Shown piece after piece: positions 59,066 through 64,000 of a DNA stretch of 64,000 nucleotides. The DNA comes from an uncultured Chloroflexia bacterium (lineage in GTDB: Bacteria; Chloroflexota; Limnocylindria; Limnocylindrales; CSP1-4). The notes below the pieces were generated by a model. That model made no database searches. It was not told the origin of the DNA and saw only the letters and a list, made by a program, of their open reading frames with translations. Both the position numbers and the translations under genes were made by a program. The first letter of the stretch is position 1; the number at the start of each line of letters is the position of its first letter. The DNA is taken from the NCBI GenBank assembly GCA_963749705.1, contig CAVVNQ010000015.1, positions 160,001-224,000 on the forward strand, given 5' to 3'.

Positions 59066-61846
59066 GTGAGTCCCACCCCTTCCGGCGAGCAGGCGAAGCG
59101 CCGGCGAACGCGCGCGGCCGAGCCCGACGTCCAGGGGACCTGGCTGGACCTGGGGCCGGAGGACGAGCGTCCCGCGGCGGGCATCACGGGCGGCTCCGGG
59201 CATGCCAGCGCGGCCGTCACCGAGGCTGCCGCGTCGCCGGCGCCGGATGAGCCGGACTGGATGCAGGATCTCCCCCCGGACCCCGAGATCGCGAACGCGG
59301 GCCCGGCGCTCGATCCCGAGGCGGTCGCGGCCGCCATCCAGGCCCGGCGCGCGGCCCGTGCCGAGGAGATCGTGTCCCGGCTCAACCCGGAGCAGGGACG
59401 GGCGGTGACGACGACCGGTGGCCCGATCCTCATCCTCGCGGGTGCCGGCAGCGGCAAGACCCGCGTGATCGCACATCGCATCGCGTACCTGATCGGGGTC
59501 GAGGCGGTCCGCCCGCACCGGATCCTCGCCGTCACGTTCACCAACCGCGCGGCGGGCGAGCTCCGGGAGCGGATCGCGGCGCTCGTGGGCGACGTCGGCA
59601 AGGACGTCGAGGCGGGGACGTTCCACGCCCTGTGCGCCCGCGTGCTGCGGCGGGACGGCGAGGCGATCGGGCTCGACCGGCGGTTCGTGATCTACGACAC
59701 CGACGACCAGCAGCAGCTGATGAAGCGGATCCTGGCCGAGGAGGACCTCCCGGCCACCGGCGAGTTCCGTCCAGCGGCGATCCTGGGCGCGATCAGCCGG
59801 GCCAAGAACGAGATGCTGGACGAGACGTTCCTGGCCCAGAACGCCGTCAACCATCGGGAGCGGGTCATCGCCCGCCTGGCGGCCCGCTACAGGGAGCGCC
59901 TCCGGGCCGCCAACGCGCTCGACTTCGACGACCTGCTGCTCCGGGCGGTCGAGCTGTTCGACCAGGCGCCCCAGGTCCTCGCCAGGTACCAGGCCCGCTG
60001 GAGCTACCTCCACGTCGACGAGTACCAGGACACGAACCGGCCGCAGTACCTGTGGGTTCGCGCCCTCGCCGCGGCGCATCGCAACCTGTGCGTGGTGGGC
60101 GACGACGACCAGTCGATCTACGGCTGGCGGGGGGCGAACGTCCAGAACATCCTCGACTTCGAGCGCGACTATCCGGACGCGACCGTCGTCAAGCTGGAGC
60201 AGAACTACCGCTCGACGCAGCTGATCCTCGATGCCGCCCACGCGGTCGTGTCGCGCAACGAGCGGCGGACGGACAAGAAGCTGTGGACGCAGAACCAGGG
60301 CGGCGTCCCGATCCAGCGCTTCGAGGCCTTCAACGAGGAGGAGGAGGCGGAGTGGATCGCCCGTCAGATCGAGGGGCTGGTCGGCGGCCGGGGATCGTTG
60401 CTGACGCGCCGGGCCGATGACGACGAGTCGGGGCGCACCCGGCCAAAGGACGTCGCCGTGATGTACCGGATGAACGCCCAGTCCCGAGCGATCGAGGAGG
60501 CGTTCCTCCGATACGGGCTGCGGTACCAGCTGGTGGGTGGCACGCGGTTCTACCAGCGGCGCGAGGTCAAGGACGCCCTCGCCTACCTGCGGGTGCTTCG
60601 CTCGGACACCGATGCGGTGTCGTTCGAGCGCATCATCAACGTCCCCGCCCGGGGGATCGGCGACCGATCGGTGGAGGCCCTGCGACGCTGGGCGGGCAAG
60701 CACGACGACGATGTCTGGGCGGCCGTCGAGGCGGCTGCGACGGGCCAGGTCGACGGGATCGGAGCGCGGATCCGGACGTCGATCGGCGAGTTCGCGGCGC
60801 TGGTCCGACGGCTCCGCAAGCGGATCGGGGTGCTGCCGCTGCCGGAGCTGCTCGACGAGGTGCTCGAGGCCTCGGGCTACCGGGCGATGCTCGCGGACGG
60901 CTCCGAGGAGGGCGAGGACCGCTGGGCGAACCTGCTCGAGCTGCGCCAGGTCTCCACCCGCTACGACGACCTGTCGCCCGACGACGCGCTCGACCGGCTG
61001 CTCGAGGAGACCGCGCTGGTCGCCGACCAGGACAGCTACGAGGGCGAGGCCGATGCGGTGACGCTCATCACCCTCCACGCCGCCAAGGGTCTCGAGTTCC
61101 CGGTCGTGTTCATCGCCGGCCTCGAAGAGGGCGTGTTCCCGCACAACCGCGCGCTCGATGACGAGAAGGAGCTCGAGGAGGAGCGCCGGCTCGCCTACGT
61201 CGGGATCACGCGCGCCAAGCGCCGCCTGTTCCTGTCGCACGCCTGGCGACGCGCGACCTGGGGCGGGGGCGGGATGAGCATCCCGTCGCGGTTCCTGCTC
61301 GAGATCCCGTCCGAGCTGATGGTCGGGCCGCAGCTCCACGGGACCGGCGACATGGGAGCGGACATCGATCCGGACCTCGTGTTCCGCGAGCGCGGGTCGC
61401 GGTTCGGGGCCGGGATCCGCGCCGGTGGGGGAGCGTACCGTCAGGGGAGCGGGCGGCCGGGCGCGCCGCGCGACGGTGAGACGTTCCGGCCCGGCCGCGA
61501 CCTGGGCGCCAAGCGGCAGGCGTTCGCCGCTGGGGCGCCGTCGGGCTCGCTGGGCCGGCTCGGCGGCGGCCTGGCCGACGACGCCACGGCCTGGCACGAC
61601 GAGCCGGCGATCCGTGGCGGTGGCGCGCCACGCGAGCGGGGCGTCATCCCGCCACGCCCGATCGTCCCCGGCGAGCGTCGCTATCGGGACGGCGACCGGA
61701 TCCGCCACGCGCGCTGGGGGGACGGCATCGTGGTGACCTCGAAGCTGACACGGGACGACGAGGAGGTCACGGTCGCGTTCCGGGACCCGCTCGTCGGCCG
61801 CAAGACGATGCTGGCGAGCCTCGCGAACCTCGAGCTGCTCGGGTAG
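59066..61846 (+). CDS. pcrA: ATP-dependent DNA helicase PcrA/UvrD
   Basis: AGAGSGKT, TFTNRAA, VDEYQDTN, GDDDQSIY, LEQNYRS, HAAKGLEF and EERRLAYVGITRA motifs; C-terminal Tudor-like domain. Confidence 0.97.
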   Translation: MSPTPSGEQAKRRRTRAAEPDVQGTWLDLGPEDERPAAGITGGSGHASAAVTEAAASPAPDEPDWMQDLPPDPEIANAGPALDPEAVAAAIQARRAARAEEIVSRLNPEQGRAVTTTGGPILILAGAGSGKTRVIAHRIAYLIGVEAVRPHRILAVTFTNRAAGELRERIAALVGDVGKDVEAGTFHALCARVLRRDGEAIGLDRRFVIYDTDDQQQLMKRILAEEDLPATGEFRPAAILGAISRAKNEMLDETFLAQNAVNHRERVIARLAARYRERLRAANALDFDDLLLRAVELFDQAPQVLARYQARWSYLHVDEYQDTNRPQYLWVRALAAAHRNLCVVGDDDQSIYGWRGANVQNILDFERDYPDATVVKLEQNYRSTQLILDAAHAVVSRNERRTDKKLWTQNQGGVPIQRFEAFNEEEEAEWIARQIEGLVGGRGSLLTRRADDDESGRTRPKDVAVMYRMNAQSRAIEEAFLRYGLRYQLVGGTRFYQRREVKDALAYLRVLRSDTDAVSFERIINVPARGIGDRSVEALRRWAGKHDDDVWAAVEAAATGQVDGIGARIRTSIGEFAALVRRLRKRIGVLPLPELLDEVLEASGYRAMLADGSEEGEDRWANLLELRQVSTRYDDLSPDDALDRLLEETALVADQDSYEGEADAVTLITLHAAKGLEFPVVFIAGLEEGVFPHNRALDDEKELEEERRLAYVGITRAKRRLFLSHAWRRATWGGGGMSIPSRFLLEIPSELMVGPQLHGTGDMGADIDPDLVFRERGSRFGAGIRAGGGAYRQGSGRPGAPRDGETFRPGRDLGAKRQAFAAGAPSGSLGRLGGGLADDATAWHDEPAIRGGGAPRERGVIPPRPIVPGERRYRDGDRIRHARWGDGIVVTSKLTRDDEEVTVAFRDPLVGRKTMLASLANLELLG

Positions 61847-62283
61847 CTGAGCGGCCCGAGGGAGGCCGGCCGCACGCCGGTCGCTGCACCGGCGCCCGGC
61901 ACCTTGCCGGATCCGTTCGGCGCGATCAGATCCCCGGTCGCCTCCTCGATCGCCTCGCCACGCGCCTGCTCAGCTCATGTGCATCTGCGGCGCTTGACCG
62001 CGCCGAACTGCCGGGCGGCCGTCCGCGGCATGGCTTGCCGGGCTGGACGCACGCCACGTGATCAGCCTTGACCCCATGCTGGCTGCCGGGTGCTGCGCTG
62101 GGGCGCAGCCGCGGCCGTGTTGAGCTCGAAGTCCGCGGTTTGCACACCAGGCGATCACCGGCGCGATTGGCAAGGCGCGGCTGGCCCCGACGTCGACCCG
62201 GAGGGCTGCGACCGTCGCGACCCGGACCGGGCAAGGCGCGATGCGCCCGCCCTCGCCGAGCGCGCGGCGCGACACGCCGGATC

Positions 62284-62754
62284 TCAGTGCGGCGCGAGGT
62301 GCGGCAGGTGCTCCACGTAGTGCTCGGACGTATCGGAGGCCACGGTCCTGGCGAGCGCCTCGCCGCCGAGCCACGGAAACCGCCCGGGCTCGGCGAGGTC
62401 GGCCTCGGAGGCCTGCTCGACCGCGGCCACGACGCGCCGGTACGCCACCGCCTCGCCATCGCGGACGTCCTCGATCGAGCGTGCCCGGCTCTCGGCGAGC
62501 ACCTTTGCGTTGTGGACGTCGATGTCGAATGGGGCGTCGTCCGTCGGGTACGGCTCACGGCCCGCAAGCAGCGCCTCGACGATTCCCGCGGAGTGCCCCG
62601 TCCACCACTCGATGTGGGCGAGGACGTCCTTGCGCGTCCATCCTGGCATGTCCGGTGCCGCGGCCATCAGGGCGTCATCGTCGAGCGCTGCCACGGCCGC
62701 CTCGATCGCGGCATGGGTCCGGCGGATGTCGTCGAGCAGGGTCAGCTTGTCCAT
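62284..62754 (-). CDS. DinB/MDMPI-superfamily metalloprotein with its own leaderless start, also in frame with the upstream GNAT
   Basis: WTRKDVLAHI..W and EHYVEH metal-binding pattern; TAGGCT 7 nt before the ATG. Confidence 0.8.
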   Translation of the reverse strand: MDKLTLLDDIRRTHAAIEAAVAALDDDALMAAAPDMPGWTRKDVLAHIEWWTGHSAGIVEALLAGREPYPTDDAPFDIDVHNAKVLAESRARSIEDVRDGEAVAYRRVVAAVEQASEADLAEPGRFPWLGGEALARTVASDTSEHYVEHLPHLAPH

Positions 62755-63351
62755 GGCGTGGAGCCTACGCCACGTGTGGCGCCGCCACGTGTGGCGCCGC
62801 CAAGTCTGGCGCTCCAGCCGGTACGTCACGTGCGGACGGAGCGGGTGCCCGTCAGGGAGCCGCGGGTGGTCAAAGTCAGCCGCCGGATCGTGCGTCATCC
62901 CGATCCGCTCCATGACCCGCCGGGAGCGCCGATTGGCGACGGTCGTGTACGACACGATCTCCGGCAGGTGGAGGACCGTGAACCCGAATCGCAGCGCCTC
63001 CCGGGCGGCCTCCGTCGCGTATCCATGCCCCCAGGCGAAGCGGGCGAGCCGCCAGCCGATCTCGGGCGCCGCCAGCGGCGCCCAATCCGGAACGCCGAGG
63101 CCCGTGAACCCGAGGAACGCGCCGTCGCCGAGCCGCTCGACGGCCCACAGCCCGAACCCATCGGCCGCCCAGCCGGCGACCATCCGATCAACGAACGCGT
63201 CACTCTCGGACCTCGTAAGCCGAGCCGGGAACAGGGCCATGACCTCCGGGTCCGCATTGAGCGCCGCGAACGGCCCGCGATCCATGTCACGCCACTCCCG
63301 CAACAGCAGGCGGTGCGTTTGCAGGCGGGGGACGGTGGACAGGTCGCTCAC
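62755..63351 (-). CDS. RimJ/RimL-type GNAT acetyltransferase domain; no stop, reads through into the DinB ORF
   Basis: THRLLLREW, LNADPEVM, EIGWRL...WGHGYATEAA and N.RS.RVMERIGM motifs. Confidence 0.88.
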
Positions 63352-63390
63352 CCACGCATCGTCGCCCATTCGCGGCCTATCCTGCGCACC

Positions 63391-64000
63391 ATGCCGGATG
63401 AAGCCCGACCCGCCCTCGCATACCCGCCGCCGTCCGGACCGCCGCTCGATGTCGAGCACATGGCCGCCGTCGCCGACTTCGAGGAGCCCGCCCGCGAGCG
63501 TCTCCACCCCGCGGGCTGGGCGTACTACGCCGGCGGCGGCTGGGACGGCCACACGCTCCGCGACAACCTCGAGGCGTGGCGGCGCTACCGGTTCCGGCCG
63601 CGGGTGCTCGTGGATGTCTCCGACATCGACCTGTCCACGACCCTGCTCGGCGCACCGGTGTCGATGCCCATCGGCGTCGCCCCGGCCGCCCTCCATGGCC
63701 TGGCCCACCCCGATGGCGAGCTCCCGACCTCGCGCGCCGCCACCGCGGCCGGGATCGCCAACGTCGTTTCCACGGTGGCCTCGCGCACGATCGAGGAGGT
63801 GGCGGAGGCATCGGGCGACGGCTTGCGCTGGTTCCAGCTGTACGCGCAGCGCGACCGCTCCCGGAGCCGCGACTTCGTGCAGCGGGCGGCGGCCGCGGGG
63901 TACCGGGCCCTCGTGCTGACCGTCGACCTGCCCGTCCTCGGCTACCGCGACGACCTCGTGCGGATCGACTTCGATCCGGGCTCGCGGGCCTACGGCAACA
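63391..64000 (+). CDS. FMN-dependent alpha-hydroxy-acid oxidase/dehydrogenase (3' end outside window; absent from the ORF track)
   Basis: My translation gives AYYAGG, LRDN, FRPRVL.DVS, PIGVAP, HPDGE, WFQLY and ALVLTVDLP..GYR; TATCCT 7 nt before the ATG. Confidence 0.93.
   Translation, partial: MPDEARPALAYPPPSGPPLDVEHMAAVADFEEPARERLHPAGWAYYAGGGWDGHTLRDNLEAWRRYRFRPRVLVDVSDIDLSTTLLGAPVSMPIGVAPAALHGLAHPDGELPTSRAATAAGIANVVSTVASRTIEEVAEASGDGLRWFQLYAQRDRSRSRDFVQRAAAAGYRALVLTVDLPVLGYRDDLVRIDFDPGSRAYGN

Overview
High-GC bacterial chromosomal window made up almost entirely of housekeeping genes. Gene content and style suggest Chloroflexota (inference). In order: a dcw cluster (murF end, mraY, murD, ftsW, murG, murB, ddl, ftsQ, sbp, ftsA, yjbQ-like, ftsZ, yggS, yggT, DUF167; no murC), tRNA-Val(CAC), aconitase A, a DUF2520 oxidoreductase, NUDIX-gcvT-H-PA-PB, an oligopeptide ABC operon plus a second solute-binding protein, a split glutaminase + NAD synthetase with rsmI, an APH-like kinase, ssb, a Usp, a large purine operon (purA-D-B-C-S-Q-L-F-M-N/H), metG, tatD, a divergent GGDEF/Crp pair, short tandem repeats, CIRCE-groES-groEL, a lower-GC acyltransferase, pcrA, a GNAT-DinB in-frame fusion and the start of an FMN alpha-hydroxy-acid oxidase. 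I saw no CRISPR array, integrase or transposase. The most striking signal is a recurrent CAATTC motif that always reads in frame as AAT-TCN (Asn-Ser) and replaces strongly conserved Asp residues in MurD, PurC and TatD. This is either a motif-specific sequencing or mutation artefact, or site-specific A-to-I mRNA repair. Other highlights are a circularly permuted family-5 binding protein, a structured attenuator-like purA leader with no obvious known riboswitch, a MetRS lacking the HIGH motif, widespread leaderless promoters and several leaderless uORFs.
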